The notes beneath the pieces were generated by a model. It saw only the letters and a program-made list of their open reading frames with translations, made no database searches and had not been told where the DNA came from. DNA of 64,000 nt, taken from Candidatus Hodarchaeota archaeon (lineage in GTDB: Archaea; Asgardarchaeota; Lokiarchaeia; Sigyniarchaeales; SOKP01). Both the position numbers and the translations under genes were made by a program. The stretch spans positions 50,486-114,485 of the forward strand of contig JBHLKM010000004.1 in assembly GCA_048886685.1 (NCBI GenBank). The letters are read 5' to 3'. Within the stretch, counting starts at the first letter, position 1, and each line of letters opens with the position of its first letter. Shown here piece by piece: positions 10,106-20,054 of the stretch.

Positions 10106-12187
10106 TTGATTAATTCAAAAATATTAAATTCAAATAAACTGATAAAAGAAAAAAGTCCTTATTTACTGCAACATGCCAATAATCCTGTGAATTGGTATCC
10201 ATGGGGAAAAGAGGCTTTTAATAAAGCTCAAAAAGAAGAAAAACCAATTTTTTTATCAATAGGGTACTCAACATGCCATTGGTGCCATGTTATGGCTCAT
10301 GAATCTTTCGAAGATGATGAAATTGCTGAATTGATGAATGAGACATTTATCTCTATTAAAGTGGACAGAGAAGAACGCCCAGACATTGATAAAGTTTATA
10401 TGACAGTATGTCAGGTGATGACAGGCTCAGGTGGATGGCCCTTAACAATAATAATGACCCCTGATAAAAAGCCATTTTTTGCAGGAACTTATTTTCCAAA
10501 AAATACAAGATTTGGACGAATTGGTTTAATAGATTTAATTAAACGCATCAAAGAATTATGGAATAACCAGAGGACTGAATTAGTGAATTCTGCTGAACAA
10601 ATCACATTTAACTTACAGAATATAGATCAAGAATCCCCAGGAGAATTATTTACAGAAGGAACGCTTAAAAAGGCTTATAAATTGTTATTGCGACAATTTG
10701 ATGAAAATAACGGTGGTTTTGGGAGCCGACCTAAATTTCCAACACCTCATAATCTAATATTTTTGCTTAGGTTTTGGAAACGTACTGATGATAAAAAGGC
10801 ATTGGAAATGGTTGAGAAAACACTACAAGCAATGAGAAAAGGCGGGATTTATGATCATATTGGCTTTGGGTTCCATCGGTATTCCACTGATTCTATTTGG
10901 CTTGTACCTCATTTTGAGAAGATGCTTTATGATCAAGCATTAATTGCTATTGCTTATATAGAGGCTTATCAAGCGACTAAAAATGAAAAATATAAGAGAA
11001 CAGCTCAAGAGATATTTACTTACGTTTTGAGAGATATGTTATCACCTGAAGGTGGATTCTATTCAGCTGAAGATGCAGATAGTGAAGGAGAAGAAGGAAA
11101 ATTCTACGTTTGGACTAAAATGGAATTAGAAAACATCCTTGAAAAGGAGGAATTTAAGCTTGTTATTAAAATTTTTAATGTGGAGGAAATTGGTAATTAT
11201 TTAGAGGAAGTGACAGGAAAAAATACTGGGAACAACATTTTACATCTGAAAAACGTCCCAGATAAATCAGTTCAAGAAAGTATAGAAAAAATTCGTATAA
11301 AATTATTTGAGGAAAGAGAAAATAGAGTCCATCCTCACAAGGATGAAAAAATATTAACTGATTGGAATGGATTGATGATCGCTGCGTTAGCTAAAGCCGC
11401 TGTGGCATTCCAAGAAAAAAAATATCTAGATGTAGCTAAAAAAGCAGCAAATTTTTTTCTAGCAAATCTAATTAATTCCAATGAAAAATTATTACATCGC
11501 TATAAAGATGGTATTTCAGAGATTAATGGTTATTTGACTGATTATGCGTTTTTTATTTGGGGATTAATCGAATTGTATGAAGCTAGTTTTGATATTTTCT
11601 ATTTAAAAACAGCTCTCAAATTACATGAAATCCAAATGAACGATTTTTGGGATGAAAATGTTGGTGGCTTTTATTATACGGCAAATGATGGAGAGAAACT
11701 ATTATTAAGACAAAAAGAAATATATGATGGAGCTATCCCTTCAGGTAATTCAATTGCAATGTTGAATATGTTAAGGTTAAGTTATATAACAGGAGATCAT
11801 GAATTAGAAGAAAAAGCAGATTTATTAAATAGAGTCTTTTCTGAAAAAATTAGATTTAATCCACTGGCTTATACTCAATTTCTGGTTGCTATAGATTATG
11901 CGATTGGACCAACATATTCTTTAGTAATTGCTGGAAATACAGCGGATAACGATACGAATTTAATGATTGAGATTGTAAGAGAAGAATATATCCCTAATAA
12001 AGTAATCCTATTAAGGAAAACTGGACAATCGGTTCCTGATATCGATAATTTATCTAATTTTGTAGAATTTTTTACTAACCTCGAAGAAAAAGCGACAGCT
12101 TATGTTTGTATTAACAAAACTTGTAAACCTCCAACCCATGATACTAAAAAGATGATTGATTATATGCAATCTAATTGGAATAAATAA
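10106..12187 (+). CDS. thioredoxin-domain YyaL/SSP411 (DUF255) family protein
   Basis: [43 protein letters not shown]. Confidence 0.92.
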   Translation: MINSKILNSNKLIKEKSPYLLQHANNPVNWYPWGKEAFNKAQKEEKPIFLSIGYSTCHWCHVMAHESFEDDEIAELMNETFISIKVDREERPDIDKVYMTVCQVMTGSGGWPLTIIMTPDKKPFFAGTYFPKNTRFGRIGLIDLIKRIKELWNNQRTELVNSAEQITFNLQNIDQESPGELFTEGTLKKAYKLLLRQFDENNGGFGSRPKFPTPHNLIFLLRFWKRTDDKKALEMVEKTLQAMRKGGIYDHIGFGFHRYSTDSIWLVPHFEKMLYDQALIAIAYIEAYQATKNEKYKRTAQEIFTYVLRDMLSPEGGFYSAEDADSEGEEGKFYVWTKMELENILEKEEFKLVIKIFNVEEIGNYLEEVTGKNTGNNILHLKNVPDKSVQESIEKIRIKLFEERENRVHPHKDEKILTDWNGLMIAALAKAAVAFQEKKYLDVAKKAANFFLANLINSNEKLLHRYKDGISEINGYLTDYAFFIWGLIELYEASFDIFYLKTALKLHEIQMNDFWDENVGGFYYTANDGEKLLLRQKEIYDGAIPSGNSIAMLNMLRLSYITGDHELEEKADLLNRVFSEKIRFNPLAYTQFLVAIDYAIGPTYSLVIAGNTADNDTNLMIEIVREEYIPNKVILLRKTGQSVPDIDNLSNFVEFFTNLEEKATAYVCINKTCKPPTHDTKKMIDYMQSNWNK

Positions 12188-12188
12188 T

Positions 12189-12602
12189 TTAAATTCCGAA
12201 TTTTTCTATTTTTTGATTTACCAGTTCTTTTAATTCATCTATTTTTTTAACCACATTCATCTCCTTCTGAGATATGAATAATTCTAAACCAGTTTTGTTA
12301 AGAAGGTAAGCTGAGGGGAATTTTGCATCTTTTACATCATATTTCTGATCGAACTCATCTTTATGTAAGAATTCAAACTTAAATTTGTCTTTTTTTTTAA
12401 ATTCAACGGGTACATCAAGATCATTTACAAAATTTTTCCATTCCTTTTTCATGCCAAAAGCTCCAAAGGTTACTTGACAAAGATTACATTGATAAGTGCT
12501 TTTTCTAAAGGTTTTATGGAGAGTGTCTTTTAATCCAGTATAAAAACCTCCAGAATCAGCATTATAAACAAAAATTAATTTTTTTTCTATTTCTTCACTC
12601 AT
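12189..12602 (-). CDS. hypothetical protein with CxxC (paralog of 12754..13143)
   Basis: LIFVYNADSG..YQCNLC..FLHKDEF..FPSAY; near-colinear with its neighbour. Confidence 0.8.
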   Translation of the reverse strand: MSEEIEKKLIFVYNADSGGFYTGLKDTLHKTFRKSTYQCNLCQVTFGAFGMKKEWKNFVNDLDVPVEFKKKDKFKFEFLHKDEFDQKYDVKDAKFPSAYLLNKTGLELFISQKEMNVVKKIDELKELVNQKIEKFGI

Positions 12603-12753
12603 TTTGAATCAAGTCGTTTTTTAATTATATTTATTTAGGAATATCTTAAATTTTTAATTTGTAGGTTATAAACCATAAATTTGGCTCTAATTGAATCATA
12701 ATTAATAGAGAAAATAAAAAATTTGAACTTTCTAGAATAAATTATTGTCTCTA

Positions 12754-13143
12754 CTATGCAGCAACTTGAGAAGGATAGTAAAATTTATTGATTTTACTTA
12801 GAACTATCGCCTCCATCTCATCTAAATTCTTTACAGAATTCATTTCTTCTTGTGAAATTAATATTGATAAGTTACCACCCTCATTAAGATAAGCAGAAGG
12901 ATATTTGGCATTTCTAAACTCATATTTCTTTTCAAATTCATCCCTATGCAGAAATTCTGTATCAATATTTAGATTGTTAATAAATTTTTTCCAGTCTTTT
13001 TTCATTGAGAAAGCTCCATAAGTAACCCCGCATAAACGACATTGATATGATCCTGGTCGTAGAATTTTCTTCCAAAAATCCTTAACTAAACTGATTACAT
13101 CTGAATCAGCATTATAAACAAAAACTAATTTCTTATCATTCAT
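12754..13143 (-). CDS. hypothetical protein with CxxC (paralog of 12189..12602)
   Basis: LVFVYNADS..YQCRLC..FLHRDEF..YPSAY. Confidence 0.8.
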   Translation of the reverse strand: MNDKKLVFVYNADSDVISLVKDFWKKILRPGSYQCRLCGVTYGAFSMKKDWKKFINNLNIDTEFLHRDEFEKKYEFRNAKYPSAYLNEGGNLSILISQEEMNSVKNLDEMEAIVLSKINKFYYPSQVAA

Positions 13144-13325
13144 TTTAAACCACGTGAAAATACCATTTCGCTATAAGTTAAGCAGTAAATTAAGAATTTT
13201 AATCTGTTTATTATCTAAAATAAATCTACATGTACATTAAACAAAAAAATATATGGAAAAGTGAAGAATAACTATTATTTTATTAATAATAGTTAACAAA
13301 AAAGAAAAAGATGAACTAACAGAAA

Positions 13326-13721
13326 TTAAGCTTTTAAATACAATTCCTTAATGTTTTCCATTCTTTTTCTATTTACTCCAAGATCAGAATAACCTAATCG
13401 AGCAGCAGATCGAAAGTGAATGATCTTTTCTGTATCATCAAAAAAAAATTCAACATCGTCAACAAATCGCCACACCGCGGTTCTAAATTCAATATGTAGA
13501 TAATTTTCTGTTTCAGTAATAATTTTTGAGCGTTTTAATGACTTTATTATGGTGATAATTTTTGATTTTGCCTCTTCTAAACCGCCTTCATATTTTATTG
13601 GTTCTATCTTATGTTTTTCATCAGAACTTTGGGTGGAAACACAATTAGGAGATTTAGGGCATGGATGAAATTTACCATCAATTAAACCTATTCTTTTTGG
13701 TTTTTTCGTCATAATTACCAC
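13326..13721 (-). CDS. DUF1499 family protein
   Basis: CPKSPNCVSTQ, FVDDVEF, RSAARLGYSDLGVNRKR. Confidence 0.88.
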   Translation of the reverse strand: MVIMTKKPKRIGLIDGKFHPCPKSPNCVSTQSSDEKHKIEPIKYEGGLEEAKSKIITIIKSLKRSKIITETENYLHIEFRTAVWRFVDDVEFFFDDTEKIIHFRSAARLGYSDLGVNRKRMENIKELYLKA

Positions 13722-13810
13722 TTAAGAATTAGAATTAACTAAATAACTTATATCTGAATAATATAAATAAATTTGCTTTATAAATTCAAAAATCTTAATT
13801 CCTAGTTTTT

Positions 13811-15118
13811 TTATACATCAAGAATATCTTTGATATCAGCATTAATTTTTGAAGGATCAAAATAAGTAGTTCTGCCCGTTTCTAAAAAGGCATTTATCTC
13901 ATCTTTGTATCTATCCTCAAAATCCTCTAGGAAATATGAAAGCCTCTCTTTTAAACTTTTATAAGCTGGTTTTGAAAGGATTAGGGCACATTTGATCCAT
14001 TTGCCGTACGCGGCATGAATAGAAAATCCTTTGTAGCTTATCTCGTCCATAGCTTCTGAACCTCCTATTTCAGATACAAACGAATCCATAGCACTTAAAA
14101 ATCCAGAAATTAATTCCTGATCTACCCCCAAATCTTCACGAGAGTAAGTGATTACAGGTAATCCTGATTTCTTATCTATCACTAATAAGGTTCTAAAAAT
14201 CTCTCGATATCTTGGCTTTCTAACCAAGGATTCTTCACGTTCTAGAGCCACTTCTCTGGGTAAGATTTCATACATTACAAATTTTTTTGGATTATATGAA
14301 TTTGATTCACTAAATTCATAATTTGAAATTTTACTTAAGCGTGATTGGGCTCTTATCGGCTCTCGAGGGAGTTTTTTGATGTATTGATCTCTAATTTCTG
14401 TATCATAATCTTTCGATTTTTTACCTTTGGTGATCCCTAAAACTCTTTGGTGAATTGGATCTACAACATAAAACCAGACATTTATTTTTTCCATATCAGA
14501 TATAAGTCTTTCGAATCCGATATTATAGACTCCTCTAGGTGTAGTGACAAACACAGTCCATATTGCAACTTTTGAGGCCTCATTCAATAAATAAAAGGTA
14601 TTTTTGTATTCTTCTTCGGTCATTTGCGACCCTGTTCTTACAAAAACAGCCTCAGTTCTTAACATTGGCTTTTTTTTGATTAAGTATAAATCACAGTTAT
14701 ATTTTTTTTCATTAATACTAGATGCATCATAAACATCTATACCCAAATCAGCACAGTAATCAGCAAAAACATCAATTAAGTCATATTTTGCAATAAAATC
14801 AAATCGTGATAAATATTTTTTGATCTTTTCATCTTTAAAAAGCATATCAGCGATGAAAGCTAAGCAAGTTGGGAAAAGTTGTTGAAGCTCTTTAATTTCC
14901 CGATATTTATTATAAAAATGAATACTAATATAATCAAGATAGTCTAATTTAGAAAGTTCTTTATCTTTTGGGATTTCTATTCTATTAGTTTCTATAAAAT
15001 CCTCAATTTCCTTGAAACGTGTCCTTACTATTAAACAGTTTAAACAAAGTATCCCAAATTTGTTCTCATTTTCTTGACGAATAATCTCAAGGATATCTTC
15101 TTGACTTTGTGAACTCAT
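13811..15118 (-). CDS. hypothetical protein with C-terminal longin/roadblock-like domain and possible restriction-endonuclease-like middle domain
   Basis: C-terminal LLVIDKKSGLPV..LISGFLSAMDSFVSEI..F..RY is typical of Asgard longin-like domains. Middle DLYLIK..EAVFVRTG. Confidence 0.7.
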   Translation of the reverse strand: MSSQSQEDILEIIRQENENKFGILCLNCLIVRTRFKEIEDFIETNRIEIPKDKELSKLDYLDYISIHFYNKYREIKELQQLFPTCLAFIADMLFKDEKIKKYLSRFDFIAKYDLIDVFADYCADLGIDVYDASSINEKKYNCDLYLIKKKPMLRTEAVFVRTGSQMTEEEYKNTFYLLNEASKVAIWTVFVTTPRGVYNIGFERLISDMEKINVWFYVVDPIHQRVLGITKGKKSKDYDTEIRDQYIKKLPREPIRAQSRLSKISNYEFSESNSYNPKKFVMYEILPREVALEREESLVRKPRYREIFRTLLVIDKKSGLPVITYSREDLGVDQELISGFLSAMDSFVSEIGGSEAMDEISYKGFSIHAAYGKWIKCALILSKPAYKSLKERLSYFLEDFEDRYKDEINAFLETGRTTYFDPSKINADIKDILDV

Positions 15119-15203
15119 AATGATTATTATGATATATGGATTTTAAAAGATTTGTCTTTAATTTTAGTAATTTAAGTTTTTTATCTTAAAGATATTAATT
15201 ATT

Positions 15204-15839
15204 TTAATTATTTTTATTCTTAAATAAATGATAAGCATCTCTTAATCGGAACAGTGCTGTTAATAAGACTAGGAAAGCAAAAATCCATAAGATAATATTT
15301 CTCCATGGAATCAAAACTGTCAATAATACTAAGAATATTAATGTTTCAGATCTCTCCATTATACCGGATTGATAATATATCACTTTTTTTGTTGTATCCA
15401 AATCTTCGGTTTTCACACTCCCACCAACTAATAAAAAAATTGTAATACATAATATGATGGAACTAAGAGAAAGAATTCCAGGCCACATTAAAGTTATAGG
15501 ATCTACAGAAATAATTGAAATAATAATTAAGACTTCTACCGTTCTATCACTAAAAATATCGAGTATTCCACCTAAAATGGTAGTTCCTTGTAATCTTGCT
15601 AAAGAACCGTCTAAAATGTCTAAAAAAAAGGAAAGAATTATTAAAGAAACAGCACATATTATCAATTCTATTTCCCAAATTAATAATCCACTCAAAAAAA
15701 TAAAGAAGGCTCCTAAAGAACCTGTAATAAAGGCTAATAATGTGATTGTATTCGATGAAACTCTTTCAAATAATAATTTTCTAGCAAATTTCTCAAAAAA
15801 TCTATTTAATTTGGTTTTCGAGAGCCATTTATCAATCAT
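15204..15839 (-). CDS. CDP-alcohol phosphatidyltransferase family protein
   Basis: DILDGSLAR..GGILDIFSDR signature; multiple TM segments. Confidence 0.9.
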   Translation of the reverse strand: MIDKWLSKTKLNRFFEKFARKLLFERVSSNTITLLAFITGSLGAFFIFLSGLLIWEIELIICAVSLIILSFFLDILDGSLARLQGTTILGGILDIFSDRTVEVLIIISIISVDPITLMWPGILSLSSIILCITIFLLVGGSVKTEDLDTTKKVIYYQSGIMERSETLIFLVLLTVLIPWRNIILWIFAFLVLLTALFRLRDAYHLFKNKNN

Positions 15840-15904
15840 TTAACTAAATATTTTATATTTGGATTAAAATTTAAAAATTAGGTAAAAGAGTAGATAAATA
15901 TTCT

Positions 15905-17902
15905 TTATAACCTTCCAGTTATAATCGAATAAATTTGTTCGGCAGTAAATCCTTTAATATCTATCGCTGAGCATCTACAATTACCTGAACAGGCACCACA
16001 TCCTTTACATAGAGCTTCATTAATTTTTGCTATTGTACCTAATCGTTTATCATCAACAAGTTCAATTGCTCCATAAGCACAATTCTCTACGCACATTCCA
16101 CAGCCAATACAACGTTCTGCGCGAACTACCGCAAAGAACGGTTCAACTTCTACTTCACCTTGAGCCATCAACGCAGAGGCACTTGAAGCAGCTCCTTTAG
16201 CCTGAGCAACAGCATCTGGAATATCTTTTGGTCCTTGGGCCACACCAGCAATAAAAATTCCTTCTGTTAAAGTGTCTACAGGGCGTAATTTAGGATGAGC
16301 TTCTAAAAAGAATCCATCTGCTGATCTTTGAATTCTTAATAGAGAAGTTATAATATCTGCATCAGCTCGAGGTTCTAAACCACAAGATAAAACAAATAAA
16401 TCTACTGTTAGTTCAATAGGTTGTTGTAGTAAAGTATCTTCAGCTCTTATGATAATATTATGATCATCATCTTCGGTTACCTCTGCTATTCTACCTCTCA
16501 TATAATTGATTCCGTAATTGCGTCCTGCTGATTCATAAAATTCTTCATAACCTTTTCCAAAAGCTCGAATATCCATATAGAATATGTAAACATCGGCATT
16601 AGGATGTTTTTCTTTATATTGTCTTGCTTGTTTAGTAGCATACATGCAACAAACTCTTGAACAATATTGATTTCCTCCCTCTCTAAAATTTCGACTTCCT
16701 ACACATTGAAGGAAAGCAATACTATGAGGTTCTTTCAGATCAGATGGTCTTACAGGTTTTCCTACCACTGGTCCAAAAGAACTTAATAATCGTTCCATTT
16801 GAAGCCCTGTAATGACATTGGGATATTTTCCATATCCATATTGTTTTAATTCCGTAGGATCATATAAATCCCATCCTGTAGCAACTATTATTGTTCCTAC
16901 TTTAATTTTAATTTCTTCGGGTTCTTCATCATAAATAATTGCCTCAGGTTCACAAACATCTTGCCTCGCACATATTCCGCATTTTATACAATTATCCATA
17001 TCTATAGTATATTGACCCGGAACAGCTTGAGGAAACGGAATATAAATTGCTTTACGAGTAGCTAATCCTAAATCAAATTCATTTCCTACTATAACTGGAC
17101 AATAATCAACACAAATTCCACATCCAGTACATTTTTCTTGATCTACGTAATGAGGTTTCTTTAAGATAGTAACATCAAAATTCCCGATATACCCAGAGAC
17201 TTCTACTACTTCAGAATAAGTGAGAAGTTCGATATTTTTCTCACGTGAAACTTCTGACATTTTTGGAGTTAAGATACAACTACTACAATCCATTGTGGGA
17301 AAAGTTTTGTCTAATTGTGCCATATGACCGCCAATCGTAGGTGTTTTTTCAACTAGATACACTTTATAGCCTTCTGTAGCCAGATCCAAAGCAGCATTCA
17401 TTCCAGCAATACCACCTCCAATTATTAAACACGAGGGCTCTACTTTTACTTTCTGAACTTCCAAAGGGACTAACTCTCTTGCCTTCGCGACAGCCATCCT
17501 AATATGATCTTTTGCAGTTTCATATGCTCCGTCTGGTTCTTTCATATGAACCCATGTGGAGTGTTCTCTAATATTTGCCATTTCAAATAAGAATTGGTTT
17601 AATCCTGCTTCCCTACAGGCTATTCTAAAAGTAGGTTCATGCATCCTTGGAGAACAAGCAGCAACGACAACTCTATTTACTTTACCTGCTTCAATGTCTT
17701 CTTTAATCATCTTTTGTCCTACATCAGAGCAGAAAAATTTATATTCTTGGGCGACCTCTACATTGGGTAAAGTTTTTACATACTCTAATAAATCAGGAAC
17801 AGAAACAACGCCACCAATATTTACGCCACAGTGGCAAATATATACACCAATTTTAGGTCTTTCATTTCCTGTAACTTTAATTTCTTTTTTAATTTCTGTC
17901 AT
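15905..17902 (-). CDS. hdrA: heterodisulfide reductase subunit A (Cys form)
   Basis: CHCGVNI, ACSPRMHE, GGGIAG FAD motif, KTFPTMDCSSC, CVGSR, CSRVCC, inserted and C-terminal ferredoxin domains. Confidence 0.95.
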   Translation of the reverse strand: MTEIKKEIKVTGNERPKIGVYICHCGVNIGGVVSVPDLLEYVKTLPNVEVAQEYKFFCSDVGQKMIKEDIEAGKVNRVVVAACSPRMHEPTFRIACREAGLNQFLFEMANIREHSTWVHMKEPDGAYETAKDHIRMAVAKARELVPLEVQKVKVEPSCLIIGGGIAGMNAALDLATEGYKVYLVEKTPTIGGHMAQLDKTFPTMDCSSCILTPKMSEVSREKNIELLTYSEVVEVSGYIGNFDVTILKKPHYVDQEKCTGCGICVDYCPVIVGNEFDLGLATRKAIYIPFPQAVPGQYTIDMDNCIKCGICARQDVCEPEAIIYDEEPEEIKIKVGTIIVATGWDLYDPTELKQYGYGKYPNVITGLQMERLLSSFGPVVGKPVRPSDLKEPHSIAFLQCVGSRNFREGGNQYCSRVCCMYATKQARQYKEKHPNADVYIFYMDIRAFGKGYEEFYESAGRNYGINYMRGRIAEVTEDDDHNIIIRAEDTLLQQPIELTVDLFVLSCGLEPRADADIITSLLRIQRSADGFFLEAHPKLRPVDTLTEGIFIAGVAQGPKDIPDAVAQAKGAASSASALMAQGEVEVEPFFAVVRAERCIGCGMCVENCAYGAIELVDDKRLGTIAKINEALCKGCGACSGNCRCSAIDIKGFTAEQIYSIITGRL

Positions 17903-17915
17903 TTTATTTTCTTAC

Positions 17916-18866
17916 CTATATTAATTGTTCTTTAACACTATTTAAGAATGGATCTATAGGAATAAAAGGAGAAACCCCTTGTAATTCATGGTTTTTTATC
18001 AAACCTAATAAATTGGGATCCATTCCAAAAGCAACACCTAAGAGTTGGGTTATATATATTACAGGAATTTTGAATGGTTCACCAATAATATTTCCATAAA
18101 TATTGTTTACTTCCATTTGGCCAAGATCTAATTGAAGATGACAAAACGGGCAACAATCAACAATAATATCTACTCCTGCATCTCTCATATTAGTTAGTTT
18201 TTCTCTAGTAAAATCAGCTGCGACTTCTTTGACAGCTGTTCTAACAGCTCCACCAGCACCGCAACACATATACTTATCTTTATAATTTACACTTTTGGCT
18301 CCAGTGATCTCAACAATTTCATCAAGAAATCTTGGTTCTTCATATTCACCTTGCCAAGGTCTTTTATCACTTGGTTTTACGATGTGGCATCCATAATGAA
18401 CAGCGACCTTTAAATCTGAAAATTTTAGCTTGATATGATCTTTTAAATAATCTAGTCCCATATCAAGATATAGAGCTTGAACAATGTGTTTTGGCTCAAG
18501 ATTCCCTTTATATACACGATTAATCTTAGCTAGGTATTTATTAACTTCTTTTTTTAATTCAAACTCATGTTCAAGTTCATACCATGCGTCTCTTAAGGTT
18601 CCATAGCATCCATTGCATCCAGTAATAGGATTTACTCCTATTTCTTCTGCAATAGAAATATTTCTAGCAGCAATTACGAGCCAAGTAGGAATATGAAATG
18701 CTCTAAAAACACCTGGAGCAGGACAACATGAGGCTCCTGGTAAATCCAAAATTTCAGCATCAAGGTGATCAAAAACACTTCTAATAGAGGCTTCAATCAT
18801 AGGATAACGGTTAGGAATCACACATCCTAAAAATAAACCATATCTCCATTTATAATTCTCACTCAT
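17916..18866 (-). CDS. hdrB: heterodisulfide reductase subunit B
   Basis: FLGC, CCPAPG, CNGC, HYGCH, CCGAGG, CPFC (two CCG domains). Confidence 0.93.
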   Translation of the reverse strand: MSENYKWRYGLFLGCVIPNRYPMIEASIRSVFDHLDAEILDLPGASCCPAPGVFRAFHIPTWLVIAARNISIAEEIGVNPITGCNGCYGTLRDAWYELEHEFELKKEVNKYLAKINRVYKGNLEPKHIVQALYLDMGLDYLKDHIKLKFSDLKVAVHYGCHIVKPSDKRPWQGEYEEPRFLDEIVEITGAKSVNYKDKYMCCGAGGAVRTAVKEVAADFTREKLTNMRDAGVDIIVDCCPFCHLQLDLGQMEVNNIYGNIIGEPFKIPVIYITQLLGVAFGMDPNLLGLIKNHELQGVSPFIPIDPFLNSVKEQLI

Positions 18867-18868
18867 CT

Positions 18869-19471
18869 TTACTCCTCCTTGTTTTCGTTCTCTTTCTTTG
18901 ATCTCTCTTCTTTTAATTTAGCTGCATTATCCATTAATTTTCGAAAACCCACTTCTTTCATCAAGGTTTGACACTCCTTTACAGCTTCAGGATAAGAATG
19001 AACTGTCGGTGGTAATGGTGGTAAACCATAAGATTCTCTTAGGTCTCTCCATCTTTTATTATTTTCACCATTGGCAGGAACACCATGTCCAGTAGCATAA
19101 AAAATGTTATTAGCTAATCCAAAGTGAGGATCTAAAATATAACCTTCCTCAACAGCTATATTTCTAAGTTTAATAATCATATCTGTTACAGGAATATTTC
19201 TAGGACATCGTTCATAACAATAATAACAGGTTGAACAAAGCCAAATATCTATATCTTTTAAAACAGATTCATCTCCAGTTAAAGCCCTTCTTATGGCAGA
19301 TCTTGTGCGATATGCTGTCCTCCTCCCTGATGGGCATCCTCCAGTACATGTACCACAATTTATACATGCCCTTAATTTCTCTAAGCCCGCGTCAACAAAT
19401 TTTTGTGCAATTCTTGAACTTGTGGACTTATAAACTTTTCTTTTAATATACTTTTCTACATTATCGCTCAT
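18869..19471 (-). CDS. hdrC: heterodisulfide reductase subunit C
   Basis: CINCGTCTGGCP and CSTCYYCYERCP; adjacent to hdrB. Confidence 0.93.
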   Translation of the reverse strand: MSDNVEKYIKRKVYKSTSSRIAQKFVDAGLEKLRACINCGTCTGGCPSGRRTAYRTRSAIRRALTGDESVLKDIDIWLCSTCYYCYERCPRNIPVTDMIIKLRNIAVEEGYILDPHFGLANNIFYATGHGVPANGENNKRWRDLRESYGLPPLPPTVHSYPEAVKECQTLMKEVGFRKLMDNAAKLKEERSKKENENKEE

Positions 19472-19722
19472 ATTTATTTCGAATCTCGTTTACAATTTTA
19501 AATTAGATTTGCGATTTTGTAAAAAACAAGATATTTACTTACTGTATTTGATCAAACAAAATCATTGATAATCTTATGAAGGTAAAAGTATTTTTCTTAA
19601 AAAAATTTGTTATCGATACTTAATAACTAAATTTATTTTAACAGTTATTTGTTATATTTTACATTTTTATAAAGAAAAGCAAACTTGCTAAAATTTTAAG
19701 CTAGATCTTTTTGTTTATTGAT

Positions 19723-20007
19723 TTAATTATATAATCGATATAATTCGTCCAAATATTTCATTTGATCTCTTTTAGATAAAAAGGCTAGCTCTTTCTTCAA
19801 AATTTTTTTTTTCTCCTTTGAGATATCCAAATTTTTTAATTTTTCCCGAATTTCATTTGATAATACAGTAAAAATTCTCGAGAAATATTTTTTTATTTCT
19901 GAAATCTCTTCCAAATCTTTTTCATTTATATCCTCTTTAATTTTTATCACCAAATTTCTTCTAATTAAAGAAAGCAATAATGTTTTAATAAAAAATTTGG
20001 AGTCCAT
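19723..20007 (-). CDS. hypothetical protein
   Basis: 94-aa charged helical ORF co-oriented downstream of the kinase. Confidence 0.55.
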   Translation of the reverse strand: MDSKFFIKTLLLSLIRRNLVIKIKEDINEKDLEEISEIKKYFSRIFTVLSNEIREKLKNLDISKEKKKILKKELAFLSKRDQMKYLDELYRLYN

Positions 20008-20054
20008 TTCTTGGATTTCTAGATACTAATAATTAATTGAATAACAAATTTGAT

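Noticed and set aside
17270-17295. Selenocysteine in HdrA
   Set aside because: The position that is Sec in methanococcal HdrA reads TGT (DCSSC) and the ORF is uninterrupted.
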